Below, one piece after another: positions 28,491 to 38,058 of a stretch of DNA of 64,000 bases (its first letter is position 1; each line of letters begins with the position of its first letter). The stretch lies in contig JAOZPE010000006.1 in the NCBI GenBank assembly GCA_029932915.1, positions 6,384 through 70,383 on the forward strand, read 5' to 3'. This DNA comes from Candidatus Krumholzibacteriia bacterium. GTDB taxonomy: Bacteria; Krumholzibacteriota; Krumholzibacteriia; JAJRXK01. The notes under the pieces are model-generated. The model saw only the letters and a program-made list of their open reading frames with translations, did no database searches and was not told the DNA's origin. Position numbers and translations under genes: made by a program.

Positions 28491-28643
28491 ATGAACCGAC
28501 GATCCACTCCACAGTCGCCGACCCTCTTCGAGCGGGAGATCCTCCCGCAGCTCGATCTGGCCTGGTCGACGACCTCGACCATGGAGATGCCCCGGCTCCT
28601 CGACTGGGTCCGCCGGTATCGCTCCTCCCAGCGCGCAGATTGA
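28491..28643 (+). CDS. Possible 50-aa small protein or ECF-sigma-like fragment
   Basis: MNRRSTPQSPTLFEREILPQLDLAW...; FERE.LP.LD resembles the start of ECF sigma region 2. No clear RBS. Confidence 0.3.
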   Translation: MNRRSTPQSPTLFEREILPQLDLAWSTTSTMEMPRLLDWVRRYRSSQRAD

Positions 28644-28742
28644 TTGGTTGGCTTGTTGGCCGATTGGATGGTTTTTATCTCATCCAATTCTGCTTGACCT
28701 GGCCCCATCAAGGGTTCTATCCTGCCAAAGGATCCGTCCAAT
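28642..28742 (+). promoter_or_regulatory. Putative MocR operator and sigma70 promoter
   Basis: Perfect inverted repeat ATTGGATG-N10-CATCCAAT (28663-28688), extra half-sites GATTGG (28642) and TCCAAT (28737); TTGACC-N18-TATCCT at 28694-28723. Confidence 0.6.
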
Positions 28743-28776
28743 CATCCTCCCTCGCGCTGTGGGGGCCGCGTTTCCC

Positions 28777-30291
28777 ATGGTCCTGCCCATCCAGATCGAT
28801 CCGCACGGCGCAGTGCCGATCTACCTGCAGATCGTCCAGCAGGTGCGTGAGAAGATCGTCTCCGGCGAGCTTCCCGAGGGGACGCTCCTGCCGCCGGAAC
28901 GGACGCTGGCCCGCTACCTCGGGGTCAACCGCAGCACGGTGGTCCATGCCTATCGCGAGCTCAAGCGCAACGCCCTGGTGGAGGCACGGGTGGGCCACGG
29001 CACGACGGTGCTCGCGCCGGCGGTGGCGGCCTTCGAGCCGAACGGGGACGGGCCGCTTCCCTGGCGTCTGCTCTTTCGGCAATCGGTGCGGCAGGGGAGC
29101 GATCCCCTGGTGCGTGACCTGCTGGAGATGGCCGGCCGCCAGGATGTGATTCCGCTGTCGGTGGGGCTTCCCTCGCCGGAGCTGTTGCCGTTGGAGGCGA
29201 TGGAGCGTGTGGGCGAGGCGGTACGCGGCCGTCTCGGACCCATGTCGCTGCTGCAGTGTCCCACCGAGGGGGTTCCCGAGTTCCGCGAGGAACTGGCGCG
29301 GTGGATGGGACAGCAGGGAATCGCCGCCTCCGCCGACGAGGTGCTCGTGCTTTCGGGCTCGCAGCAGGGACTCGACCTGGCGGCGCGCGTGTTCATCGAT
29401 CCGCAGGACATCGTGGTGATGGACGAGCCCACCTACTTCGGGGCTCTCGAGGCCTTCCGCGGAGCGCGGGCCCGCATCATCGCCGTGCCCAGCGACGAAG
29501 AGGGCATGGTCACCGAGGTGTTGGCGTCGGTGCTGCAGCGTCACCGGCCCAAGCTCATCTACACCCTGCCGACCTACAAGAACCCGGCCGGAAATGTGAT
29601 GAGCCTGGCGCGCCGCCGTCATCTGCTCGAGCTGGCTGCCCGCTACCAGGTTCCCATTCTCGAGGACGACCCCTATTCACCGCTGCGCTACGACGGCGAC
29701 TCCATCCCCAGCCTGAAGGCCATGGACCGCGATGGAGTGGTGATCTATCTGAGCACCTTCTCGAAGATCCTCTTTCCCGGCCTGCGTCTGGGCTGGCTGG
29801 TCGCGCCTCCCTCGGTCGTGCGCCAGTTCGCCCTGGTCAAGCAGGGCGTCGATCTCCACAGCGACACCCCCGGGCAATGGCTCATGACCGAGTTCCTCCG
29901 GGAAGGTCTGCTCACCAGGCACCTTGCCGAGGTGCGTCGGCACTATGCGCGTCGCCGCGACCTCATGCACCGTGCCCTGCAAGGTACCGCGCCGGAAGGC
30001 GTGCACTGGCAGCGTCCCCAGGGCGGGTTCTACGTGTGGTGCCGATTGCCGCCACAGGTGGAGCGCTCCCGGTTGGTCGCCGCCGCGGCCGAGGCCGGCG
30101 TGTCGTTCCTGCCGGGCTGGTCGTGCTACGTGGAGGATCCGGACGATTCGTTCATCCGGCTCAACTTCTCCTTTCCCCCGGAAGACCGGATCGAGACCGG
30201 GGTGGCTCGGCTCATGGAAGCCGTGGCGCGCAGCTCGGCCGGTTTCCGCTCGATGGCGGGTCGTGGGACAGGAACCCGACCCATCGTCTAA
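28777..30291 (+). CDS. MocR/GabR family transcriptional regulator (GntR wHTH plus PLP aminotransferase-like domain)
   Basis: PIYLQIVQQVREKI.SGELPEGTLLPPERTLARYLGVNRSTVVHAYREL; GSQQGLDL; EDDPY; STFSKILFPGLRLGW. Confidence 0.92.
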   Translation: MVLPIQIDPHGAVPIYLQIVQQVREKIVSGELPEGTLLPPERTLARYLGVNRSTVVHAYRELKRNALVEARVGHGTTVLAPAVAAFEPNGDGPLPWRLLFRQSVRQGSDPLVRDLLEMAGRQDVIPLSVGLPSPELLPLEAMERVGEAVRGRLGPMSLLQCPTEGVPEFREELARWMGQQGIAASADEVLVLSGSQQGLDLAARVFIDPQDIVVMDEPTYFGALEAFRGARARIIAVPSDEEGMVTEVLASVLQRHRPKLIYTLPTYKNPAGNVMSLARRRHLLELAARYQVPILEDDPYSPLRYDGDSIPSLKAMDRDGVVIYLSTFSKILFPGLRLGWLVAPPSVVRQFALVKQGVDLHSDTPGQWLMTEFLREGLLTRHLAEVRRHYARRRDLMHRALQGTAPEGVHWQRPQGGFYVWCRLPPQVERSRLVAAAAEAGVSFLPGWSCYVEDPDDSFIRLNFSFPPEDRIETGVARLMEAVARSSAGFRSMAGRGTGTRPIV

Positions 30292-30336
30292 GACCCTTTC
30301 CGTCGAACCAGGACCTCCTCAAGCAGGTGTGAAATC

Positions 30337-31542
30337 ATGAAGATCGAGTTTGCCAAGCGAATGCAGAAGATCAAGGCGTCGGAGATCCGTGAGCTGCTCA
30401 AGCTGACCCAACAACCGGACATGATCTCCTTTGCCGGAGGATTGCCCGCTCCGGAGACCTTCCCCGTCGAGGATTTCCGGAAGGTGGCCGATACGGTGCT
30501 CGAGAGGGAAGGCCGGCGCGCTCTCCAGTATTCGCCCACCGATGGAGACGGCCAGTTGCGCGAGGAGATCGCCAAGCGCATGAACGCCACGCGCGGGACC
30601 CACGTCACCGCCGATGAGATCCTCATCACCAGCGGCTCTCAGCAGGGTCTGGACATGTCGGCCATGATCCTCCTGGACGAGGGCGATGTGGTCCTGTGCG
30701 AATCGCCCACCTATCTGGGCGCGATCCAGGCCTTCGTGCCCTATCAGCCGCGCTTCCGGGAGATCCCCACCGATGACGAGGGGATGATCCTCGAGGAACT
30801 GGAGAAGGCCCTGGAGGAAGAGCCCCGGGCGAAGATGATCTACGTCATTCCCGACTTCCAGAATCCCTCGGGCCGCACCTGGTCGCTCGAGCGCCGGAAG
30901 GGACTGGTGGAGTTGTCCCGGCGCTACCAGATCCCGGTGCTGGAGGACTCTCCCTACGGTGAGCTGCGTTTCGCCGGCCAGCAGGTCGCCTCGGTGAAGT
31001 CGCTCGATACCGAGGGTCTGGTGGTGCATCTGGGCACCTTCTCGAAGATCTTCTGCCCCGGTCTGCGGGTCGCCTGGCTGGCGGCCTCCCCCGAGCTGCG
31101 GCGGAAGTACGAGCTGGTGAAGCAGGGGATCGATCTGCATACCTCCACCATCAACCAGCTCGAGATCCTCGAGTACATCCGCCGCTACGATCTCGACGAG
31201 AACATCGAGGTCATCCGCAAGCTCTACGGCGAGCGCCGCAACGCGATGCTCGAGGCGATGGACGAGTTCATGCCCGACGGGGTGAAGTACACGAGGCCGG
31301 AGGGCGGCATGTTCCTGTGGGTGGAGCTGCCCGAGGGGGCCAACGCCCGGGTGGTCCTGGAGCGTTGCATCAAGGAGAAGGTGGCCTTCGTCCCCGGTGA
31401 CTCCTTCTATCCCAACGGCGGACACGAGAACACCATGCGGGTCAACTACTCGGTATCCTCCTCCGAGCAGATCCGCACCGGCGTTGAGCGGATGGCGCGG
31501 GTGATCCGTGCGTACCTGAACGAGAGTGTCGCCGCTGGCTGA
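30337..31542 (+). CDS. Class I/II PLP-dependent aminotransferase (LysN/2-aminoadipate transaminase-like)
   Basis: IKASEIRELLK...ISFAGGLPAPETFP...LQYSPTDG...IPDFQNPSG...EDSPY...GTFSKIFCPGLRVAW; no HTH domain. Confidence 0.92.
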   Translation: MKIEFAKRMQKIKASEIRELLKLTQQPDMISFAGGLPAPETFPVEDFRKVADTVLEREGRRALQYSPTDGDGQLREEIAKRMNATRGTHVTADEILITSGSQQGLDMSAMILLDEGDVVLCESPTYLGAIQAFVPYQPRFREIPTDDEGMILEELEKALEEEPRAKMIYVIPDFQNPSGRTWSLERRKGLVELSRRYQIPVLEDSPYGELRFAGQQVASVKSLDTEGLVVHLGTFSKIFCPGLRVAWLAASPELRRKYELVKQGIDLHTSTINQLEILEYIRRYDLDENIEVIRKLYGERRNAMLEAMDEFMPDGVKYTRPEGGMFLWVELPEGANARVVLERCIKEKVAFVPGDSFYPNGGHENTMRVNYSVSSSEQIRTGVERMARVIRAYLNESVAAG

Positions 31543-31574
31543 TCGGCGTCGCCCTCCTGTCGCCGGAGAGCGTC

Positions 31575-32105
31575 TCAGCGGCCGCGGCCGCCACCGTGGG
31601 GACCGTGTCCATCGCGGCGGGGGCCATGGCCGCCACCGGGGTGATCGTCATGGTGGTGCCCATGATGATCGTGATGGTCGTGGTGATGATCATGATGGTC
31701 GTGATGGTGGCCATGATGATCGTGGTGGTGCTCGTGCTCGGGGTGATGGGCCCGGCCGTCGTGGATGCTGCGCTTGAGCGTGGGTCCCTCCGCCGGGGCG
31801 ATCTCCCCGCTGGCGATCTTTTCCAGGGCTTCCTTGACGGTTGCCCGGCGCGCGATGTAGAGGGTCAATCCGAGGTCGGTGATGTCCTGCCAGGCGTGAG
31901 GCCCGATGTTTCCGCTGACGACGCCGGCCAGATGGAGATCCAGGAAGCGACTCAGCCCGTGCTGGGGAAGTTCTTCCGGGTCGTCTCCGAAGACCTCCAC
32001 GGACCAGTCGTCGGTGTCCACGACGAGATGGGCGGTGGCGTGGCCGAAGCGCCGGGCCACTTTGGCGTCCAGGTTCTCACCATCGGCGGCAACGAGGTAC
32101 TTCAT
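31575..32105 (-). CDS. NifB/NifX-like (dinitrogenase FeMo-cofactor family) protein with His-rich C-terminal tail
   Basis: VARRFGHA, VVSGNIGPHAW, ATVKEAL; tail HHPEHEHHHDHHGHHHDHHDHHHDHHDHHGHHHDDH. Confidence 0.85.
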   Translation of the reverse strand: MKYLVAADGENLDAKVARRFGHATAHLVVDTDDWSVEVFGDDPEELPQHGLSRFLDLHLAGVVSGNIGPHAWQDITDLGLTLYIARRATVKEALEKIASGEIAPAEGPTLKRSIHDGRAHHPEHEHHHDHHGHHHDHHDHHHDHHDHHGHHHDDHPGGGHGPRRDGHGPHGGGRGR

Positions 32106-32163
32106 GTTCGATTCCCCATTCTGGCGACCCGGCAAGGGTCATGTTTCGGACTGCTGCGGGCAA

Positions 32164-32182
32164 TATAATCATCCGGTGGAGG
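32164..32182 (+). promoter_or_regulatory. Consensus -10 (TATAAT) and RBS for the phosphodiesterase gene
   Basis: TATAAT 32164-32169; GGAGG at about 32178-32182; no good -35. Confidence 0.4.
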
Positions 32183-32189
32183 TTGTGAA

Positions 32190-33500
32190 ATGAAGTTGTT
32201 CATGTCGGGTCGCCTGAGCGGCGTGCTCCTGGCCCTCGTCCTGGGGCCCATTTTGCTCATCGGATGCGCGAAGAAGGGGCCGGTGGAGAAGGATCCCATC
32301 GTGCTCATCGGTATCGACAGCGCCGACTGGCACTGGATCGATCCGTTGATGGAAGAGGGCCGAATGCCCCATTTCCGCTCCCTCATCGACCGCGGACTGA
32401 GGGCCGACCTGCAGAGTTTCGTCCCCCTGGAGAAATCGCCGGTGATCTGGACCTCGATCGCCACCGGCAAGCTGCCCTCCAAACACGGAATCGGGGGCTT
32501 CACCAAGGACGCCGAGCACAAGCAGCTCACCGGCTCGCTGGCCCGGACCGCCGCCACCTACTGGGAGATCCTCGGGGTCATGGGCCGCCGGCAGGTGGTC
32601 ATCGGCTGGTGGGTCAGCTATCCGGCGACGCCGGTCAACGGCGTGCTCATCAGCGACTATGTCCAGTACTACCCCGGCGGGGGAGGCAAGGTCGTCGGCT
32701 CGGTCTATCCCGATTCGGTGTGGACGGTGGTGGAGAGCTCCCGTGTGAATCCCGATTCGCTCACGATGGACGACCTCGCCCGCTTCATCGACATCGACAT
32801 CGCCCGCGAGCATCCCGAGGCCGCCCGGGAGCACCTGAAGGAGCTGAGGTGGATCTACGCGGCCGACGAGACCTTCCTGAACATCGCCCGCAAGCTCTAC
32901 GCATCGGGCCGCTGGGACAACTTCACCGTGTACTTCCGCGGACTCGATCCGGCCTGTCATGCCTACTGGACGTACTTCGATCCGGAGCACTCGACCATCC
33001 ACATGGAACCGTGGGAGATCGCCATGCTCGAGAGTGTGGTACCCGCCTACTACCAGTACTGTGACGATCTGCTCGGTGAGGTCCTGTCCTGGGTCGATCC
33101 CTCCACGCGGGTCGTGGTGTTGAGCGACCACGGCTTCCGCGGCCATCGGATGGTGGCCGGAGGCATGACCATGGGCGTGAACATGCACCGCAAGACGGGG
33201 ATCCTGGTGATGGCCGGTCCGGGAATCCAGAAGGGGGCGCAGATCGAGAAGGCGACCGTTCTGGACATCATGCCCACCATCCTGGCGATGGCGGGGGTTC
33301 CCCCGGCCGCCGATCTCGACGGGCACATCCTTCTCGACGCCTTCACCCCGGATCTCCGCCAGCGGGTGGAGAAGCGGATGGCCGACGAGGTGGACAGCTA
33401 TGAGGGCATCGTGCCCCCACGCAGCGCGGATGCGCAGGCGGGCAAGGAAGTGGATGAAGAGATCCTGCGCCGCCTGCGCAGCCTCGGTTACATCGATTGA
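32190..33500 (+). CDS. Alkaline phosphatase superfamily / type I phosphodiesterase-nucleotide pyrophosphatase lipoprotein
   Basis: Lipobox LIGC; LIGIDSADW, SPVIWTSIATGK.PSKHGI, GLDPACH, LSDHGF, VNMH, LDIMPTIL, RRLRSLGYID. Confidence 0.88.
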   Translation: MKLFMSGRLSGVLLALVLGPILLIGCAKKGPVEKDPIVLIGIDSADWHWIDPLMEEGRMPHFRSLIDRGLRADLQSFVPLEKSPVIWTSIATGKLPSKHGIGGFTKDAEHKQLTGSLARTAATYWEILGVMGRRQVVIGWWVSYPATPVNGVLISDYVQYYPGGGGKVVGSVYPDSVWTVVESSRVNPDSLTMDDLARFIDIDIAREHPEAAREHLKELRWIYAADETFLNIARKLYASGRWDNFTVYFRGLDPACHAYWTYFDPEHSTIHMEPWEIAMLESVVPAYYQYCDDLLGEVLSWVDPSTRVVVLSDHGFRGHRMVAGGMTMGVNMHRKTGILVMAGPGIQKGAQIEKATVLDIMPTILAMAGVPPAADLDGHILLDAFTPDLRQRVEKRMADEVDSYEGIVPPRSADAQAGKEVDEEILRRLRSLGYID

Positions 33501-33524
33501 GAAGCTGCTTCCGGGGCTCGGTGT

Positions 33525-35624
33525 CTAGACCGAACCGTAACTGTCGCAGCTCTCCACGTTCGAGTCGCTGTCGTAGCTTCCGCCGTCCAGGGCCAGGTCG
33601 TCCACGCATGCGGTATAGCTCACCGCTCCCTTGACCTTGTCCGAGCTGGTGAGCACGACGCTTCCGGAGGCATCGGTGACTCCGCTGAGGGTCTCGGTGA
33701 AATCCCCGCTCAGATTCAAGGTCACCGTCACTCCCTCGACGAGCGCGCCGGTGTCGTCCTTCACCACCACGGTGACCTTGGCCTTGTTGAATCGGCCACC
33801 GGCGGTCGACTCCACGTCCGGCGTGATCGAGTCGACGTGGACGATGAGCTCCTGACCTCCTCCGCCTTCGCCGAAGCTCTGTCCCGTATTGATCTCCCCG
33901 TCGGTCTTGGCCAGCGGACCGCCCCAGGCGAAGTCCGCGTAGGCGGTTCCGGTACCCTGGAGCTGCAGGGAATAGCGACGCGGCGTGTCACTGTCCTCGA
34001 AGATTCCGATGTCGGTCGAACTCATGCCGGCGGCGGGGCCGTCGACGGCGGTGAAGGAACCTTCATAGCTGAGGAATTGCAGCACGCTTCCATTGGCGTC
34101 CACCAGGGCCAGGCCGTCGGGACTGCCGTTCTGCATTCCGGCGAAGGAGAAGTCGAGGGTGCCGTATCCGCCCTGCTGGTCGGCGATCACTCCGGATAGA
34201 TTCACGGTATCGTAGATCGCTCCTCCGTTGCCGTTGTAGCCCACCACGCTCCAGCCGCCCAGGTCGGTTCCCGCCGGGCCTGCGATCTCAACGAACTCGC
34301 TGTTGTCGTTGCCGACGTTGTCGTAGTGGAACTCGTTGATCCAGACCAGTGGACCACCACCTCCACTTCCGCCGGTGGGAGTGGCCGAGGCGCTTGCGCT
34401 GAGTCCCGACTCGTTCTGGCTGTCATCGACCGCGCTGACCGCGTAGGTGTAGCTGACTCCGTTGGTCACCGTCTGATCGGTGTACGAGCTGACTCCGACG
34501 AGAGAAGTGTTGAGCAGCGTCCACGGCGCCTCGCCGGTCTCCGAACGATAGACGTTGTAGCCGCTCAGATCGCTCTCGGTGTTGTCGTCCCAGTCGAGGT
34601 CGACCACGCCGTCGCCCGCCGAAGCCACTAGCCCGGTCGGGGTCGCCGGCGGTGTGGTATCTCCGCTGCCACAGCTTCCGGTGAACACGCAGTCGATCCA
34701 CTCGGGATGGTCGACGAAGGGATTGCGGTTGCCCTGGTATTGATAGACCGCTTCGTTGTGGGCGCGTTCCTTGTCGTCGACCGGATCCTCCTGGCTCCAC
34801 TGCAGCAATACCGAGAGCATGCCCATGTAGGCCACCAGCTCGTTGTTACCGGTGTTGGATGCTTCGATGAGTGCTTCGTCGTCGGTCAGGATGAGGTCAG
34901 GCTCGGCGGTATGGGTATTGCCGTTGGTACCGCCCTCGTAGCGCACATCCATGTAGAAGAGGGCGCGAGCCACATCGCCCCTCCTCCCGATCCAGGTTTC
35001 CCATGTGCCTTGGGTGTAGGAACCCGATGTCCAGTTGGAATTGCCCGGGTAGACCCCGCTGCCCCCGCCTGCGCCGTCGTTGAAGACGGTGGGGTTCTCC
35101 GAGCAGGAGGCCTCACAGTAGCGATAGGGCTTGTTGCTGCGCGAGGAGTTGTAGCTGTCGTTGCAAAGGAAGAGATGGTGGCAGTCGGTGTAGGGGAAGT
35201 TCGTCGAGCTGTCGTTGGGGAAGCCGTAGCTCTTGGGCCAGGTATGCTCACGATTGTAGTCGTCGTTGCCGCCGCCGTACTTCGGATAACTGGCGTTCAT
35301 GTAAAGGTCGAGAATCCGCGTGGGATCGTTGGGATCCTGGTCAGCTTGTTCCAGGACGTCCCAGGTGTCGGTGGCGGTGGAGGTATAGGGGATCTTCGTA
35401 TGGTCCTTGACGATCTCGTGCAAGCTGTTCCTCAAGGTGATCGAGGTGCTCAGGTCGACGCTGTCGTAGTAGCCGGGCGGAATGGCGAAGTCGCCCGCCG
35501 GCGGGGTTGCCATCGAGGGGACGCGGGTGCCGGTCAACGGGCCCGGTTCGGAAGAGCATCCCGGCCAGACCAGGACACCGAGCAAGAGGACCCACGGGGT
35601 CCATCGCAGACGATTCCACTTCAC
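33525..35624 (-). CDS. Extracellular endonuclease I-family nuclease lipoprotein with FN3, lamin-tail-like and Ig-like domains
   Basis: AGGAGG RBS before GTG 35624; lipobox WPGC; YNREHTWPKS, TDCHHL, RGDVARALFYMDVRY, QGNRNPFVDHPEW; FN3 (PATPTGL...LDWDD); INEFHYDNVGND. Confidence 0.88.
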   Translation of the reverse strand: MKWNRLRWTPWVLLLGVLVWPGCSSEPGPLTGTRVPSMATPPAGDFAIPPGYYDSVDLSTSITLRNSLHEIVKDHTKIPYTSTATDTWDVLEQADQDPNDPTRILDLYMNASYPKYGGGNDDYNREHTWPKSYGFPNDSSTNFPYTDCHHLFLCNDSYNSSRSNKPYRYCEASCSENPTVFNDGAGGGSGVYPGNSNWTSGSYTQGTWETWIGRRGDVARALFYMDVRYEGGTNGNTHTAEPDLILTDDEALIEASNTGNNELVAYMGMLSVLLQWSQEDPVDDKERAHNEAVYQYQGNRNPFVDHPEWIDCVFTGSCGSGDTTPPATPTGLVASAGDGVVDLDWDDNTESDLSGYNVYRSETGEAPWTLLNTSLVGVSSYTDQTVTNGVSYTYAVSAVDDSQNESGLSASASATPTGGSGGGGPLVWINEFHYDNVGNDNSEFVEIAGPAGTDLGGWSVVGYNGNGGAIYDTVNLSGVIADQQGGYGTLDFSFAGMQNGSPDGLALVDANGSVLQFLSYEGSFTAVDGPAAGMSSTDIGIFEDSDTPRRYSLQLQGTGTAYADFAWGGPLAKTDGEINTGQSFGEGGGGQELIVHVDSITPDVESTAGGRFNKAKVTVVVKDDTGALVEGVTVTLNLSGDFTETLSGVTDASGSVVLTSSDKVKGAVSYTACVDDLALDGGSYDSDSNVESCDSYGSV

Positions 35625-35941
35625 GGGAGGCCTCCTGATGCCATGGCCGCCGCCCTGGGCTTCTGCGCCAGCGAGGGGGCGCATAGGGAAGAAGTCCAGC
35701 ACAGGGGCGGCCTTCGAGACGAGAATGAGAACGCATCGGGCTTCTTCGCCGTCGGATCCGGGAGAGATTGGAATCGTGGGGCAGGATGGGTGTTGGCCGA
35801 GAAGCCGGGCTCACCGTATCATGCACGACGGCGGAAATCCATTCCAAGAGGAAGCGGCCGGTGGAACGAATCGCGACGGCTGTACGTATCAGATGGTCGA
35901 GCATTCGAGCTACGAGACTTCACCCTGAAAGGATGAATGGG

Positions 35942-37147
35942 ATGTCTTCGAGGAATCTTCGCATGATCACCGCGCTGATGGCCATCCTGGTGCTGATGGG
36001 TACGGCGGCGGCCGCGACGGCGCAGGAGGCGAAGGGGGCGCAAACCCACGAAGCGATGAGCTTCGCCCAGGCTCAACAACAGGCGGAAATGGAAGGCAAG
36101 TTGCTGCTGGTCGATTTCTATGCCGAATGGTGTGGACCGTGCAAGCGCTTCCAGGCCGATGCGGAGAGCTCCGATGCGCTGCGGGAAGGCCTGGACAAGG
36201 TGGTCTTCATCAGCGTCGACTGTGAGAAGGGCGAAGGGGTGGAACTGGCCAAGCGCTATGGAGTGCGCTCCTTTCCCAACTACCTGCTGGCCGACGCCAC
36301 CGGAGAGCCCATCTACCGGTGGGTGGGCTATGGCACGCCCGAGAGCTTCGTCGAGCAACTGGAGAAGGGATTGAGCGATCCCACGACCTTGAAGCAGAAG
36401 CGGGAGCGTTTCGCCGAGAATCCCACCGCCGCGGATGCCGAGACGCTGGCCAACGCCGCTGCGGCTGCGAGTGACCAGGTGAAGGCCGCCGAGTGGTACC
36501 AGAAGGCCTCCGAGCTGGCCGGCGGCGGCTACGAGATGGAGATCTTCTACTCCAAGTTCTACGGCTTCCGGCAGGGGGCCTTCACCGTCGACGATCTGGT
36601 GGCCGCCGCGGACGAGGTGATGGCCAAGGGAAGCGACGAGGAGAAGGCCCAGGTCTATGCCGCCCAGTCGTATCTGGCCCAGGCCACCGGCGTGGACAGC
36701 CTGGCCTATCGCTACCTGGACGAGTTCTGGGAGATGCTGAAGGACAACGACGATCCCAAGATGCAGAAGATGCGCCGCCGGGTGGAGATCGATCATGCCC
36801 TCTACGTGGAGAAGGACCCGCAGAAGGCGGCCCAGCTCAAGTACGACTCGATGCCCGCGGGTTGGCTGGAGAACGCCGACGGCCTGAACGAGTACGCCTG
36901 GTGGTGTTTCGAGAACAAGATCGATCTGGAGCGGGCGGAGAAACTGGCCCGCCGCGGGGTGGAGATCGCGACGGACGGTTCACAGAAGGCGGCGGTCCTG
37001 GATACCGCGGCCGAGATCTGCAATCTGCGCGGCCATCCCGAGGAGGCGGTGGAGCTCGCCCGGCAGGCGATCGAGAGCGATCCGGGCAACGCGTACTACC
37101 AGAAGCAGCTCGAGCGTTTCCAGGCCCTGGTGAAGAAATCGGGGTAG
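35942..37147 (+). CDS. Periplasmic thioredoxin-family protein with TPR-like helical C-terminus
   Basis: Signal peptide; LLVDFYAEWCGPC; helical repeats ending in a TPR-like LDTAAEI...EEAVELARQAIESDPGN. Start 35933 or 35942. Confidence 0.85.
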   Translation: MSSRNLRMITALMAILVLMGTAAAATAQEAKGAQTHEAMSFAQAQQQAEMEGKLLLVDFYAEWCGPCKRFQADAESSDALREGLDKVVFISVDCEKGEGVELAKRYGVRSFPNYLLADATGEPIYRWVGYGTPESFVEQLEKGLSDPTTLKQKRERFAENPTAADAETLANAAAAASDQVKAAEWYQKASELAGGGYEMEIFYSKFYGFRQGAFTVDDLVAAADEVMAKGSDEEKAQVYAAQSYLAQATGVDSLAYRYLDEFWEMLKDNDDPKMQKMRRRVEIDHALYVEKDPQKAAQLKYDSMPAGWLENADGLNEYAWWCFENKIDLERAEKLARRGVEIATDGSQKAAVLDTAAEICNLRGHPEEAVELARQAIESDPGNAYYQKQLERFQALVKKSG

Positions 37148-37176
37148 ACGCCGAAGCGTTCCCACTTGGCAGTGAG

Positions 37177-37208
37177 AAGGGCCGTCGGTGTACTGCCGGC
37201 GGCCCCTT
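37177..37208. terminator. Bidirectional terminator between convergent genes
   Basis: AAGGGCCGTCGG-tgtactg-CCGGCGGCCCCTT. Confidence 0.6.
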
Positions 37209-37231
37209 CCGTTCCCAGCAGATCCCTGTAT

Positions 37232-37867
37232 CTACCAGTACCAGCCCAGGGTCATGGTCAGAGGAAGGGTCCAGGCGCTCTCGTAGTTCTCGGCCTGCAG
37301 CGACAGATGACTGGCGGTGATCGCCAGACCGGCCGAGAACTGCCTGGCCAGACGGAACTCGTAACCCACTCCGAAGACCAGGCCGAGACCGGATTCGTCG
37401 GTACGCCGACTGTTGGTCTGGATGAGTTCACCTTCCTCATCCGGCACCAGGTCGACGTGGGCGATGCCTCCCCAGCCGATCCCCGCGCCCGCCCGAAGGT
37501 AGAGTCCACCCCATCCCGGACGGTCCCCGCCGGGGAACCAACTCAGCGCGATCGTGGCGGCCTGGAAACTGCGGCGCACCTTCTCCGTGACATTGCCTTC
37601 CTCGAAGAGCCATCCCTCGTACTCGAAGGCGGCGAGGAAGTGGGTGGAGACCAGGTAGCCGAAGCGGATCTGGGGTGCGGCGCCCCGTTTCAGGGTGGCT
37701 TCGTCTCCGGTGCCGCTGGTGTAATGGGCCTGGCCGATTCCCCAGGAGACACCGACCAGCCAGTTCTGGTCCGCACGCCCGTGCGACTTCAGCGCGTGGG
37801 CAGGCGTTGCCGAAAGCAGCACACACGCGCAGATGATCGACAGGATCGAGAGACGACGGAGAATCAT
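37232..37867 (-). CDS. Outer-membrane beta-barrel protein (OmpA-like 8-stranded)
   Basis: Signal peptide (ATPAHA); alternating amphipathic strands; C-terminal MTLGWYW. Confidence 0.75.
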   Translation of the reverse strand: MILRRLSILSIICACVLLSATPAHALKSHGRADQNWLVGVSWGIGQAHYTSGTGDEATLKRGAAPQIRFGYLVSTHFLAAFEYEGWLFEEGNVTEKVRRSFQAATIALSWFPGGDRPGWGGLYLRAGAGIGWGGIAHVDLVPDEEGELIQTNSRRTDESGLGLVFGVGYEFRLARQFSAGLAITASHLSLQAENYESAWTLPLTMTLGWYW

Positions 37868-38058
37868 GACGCGCCCATTCTAGGAGAGCCTCCGGCGGGA
37901 TGGCCAGCAGAAAAAACCACCTCCTGTGAGATTGTTCCCTCCGTTCCCATTTCTCTGTTGCCTGCCGGGGGGTTTTCTGTAGTATCGATCCCATCATCGG
38001 ATGGGATCGGGCGATCTGCGCTGCACCGTTCCATTGGTTTCCGGAGGGCTCTCCTACG

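Noticed and set aside
31575-32105. Evidence for nitrogen fixation
   Set aside because: NifX-like domains are widespread outside nif clusters, and there are no nifHDK genes here.
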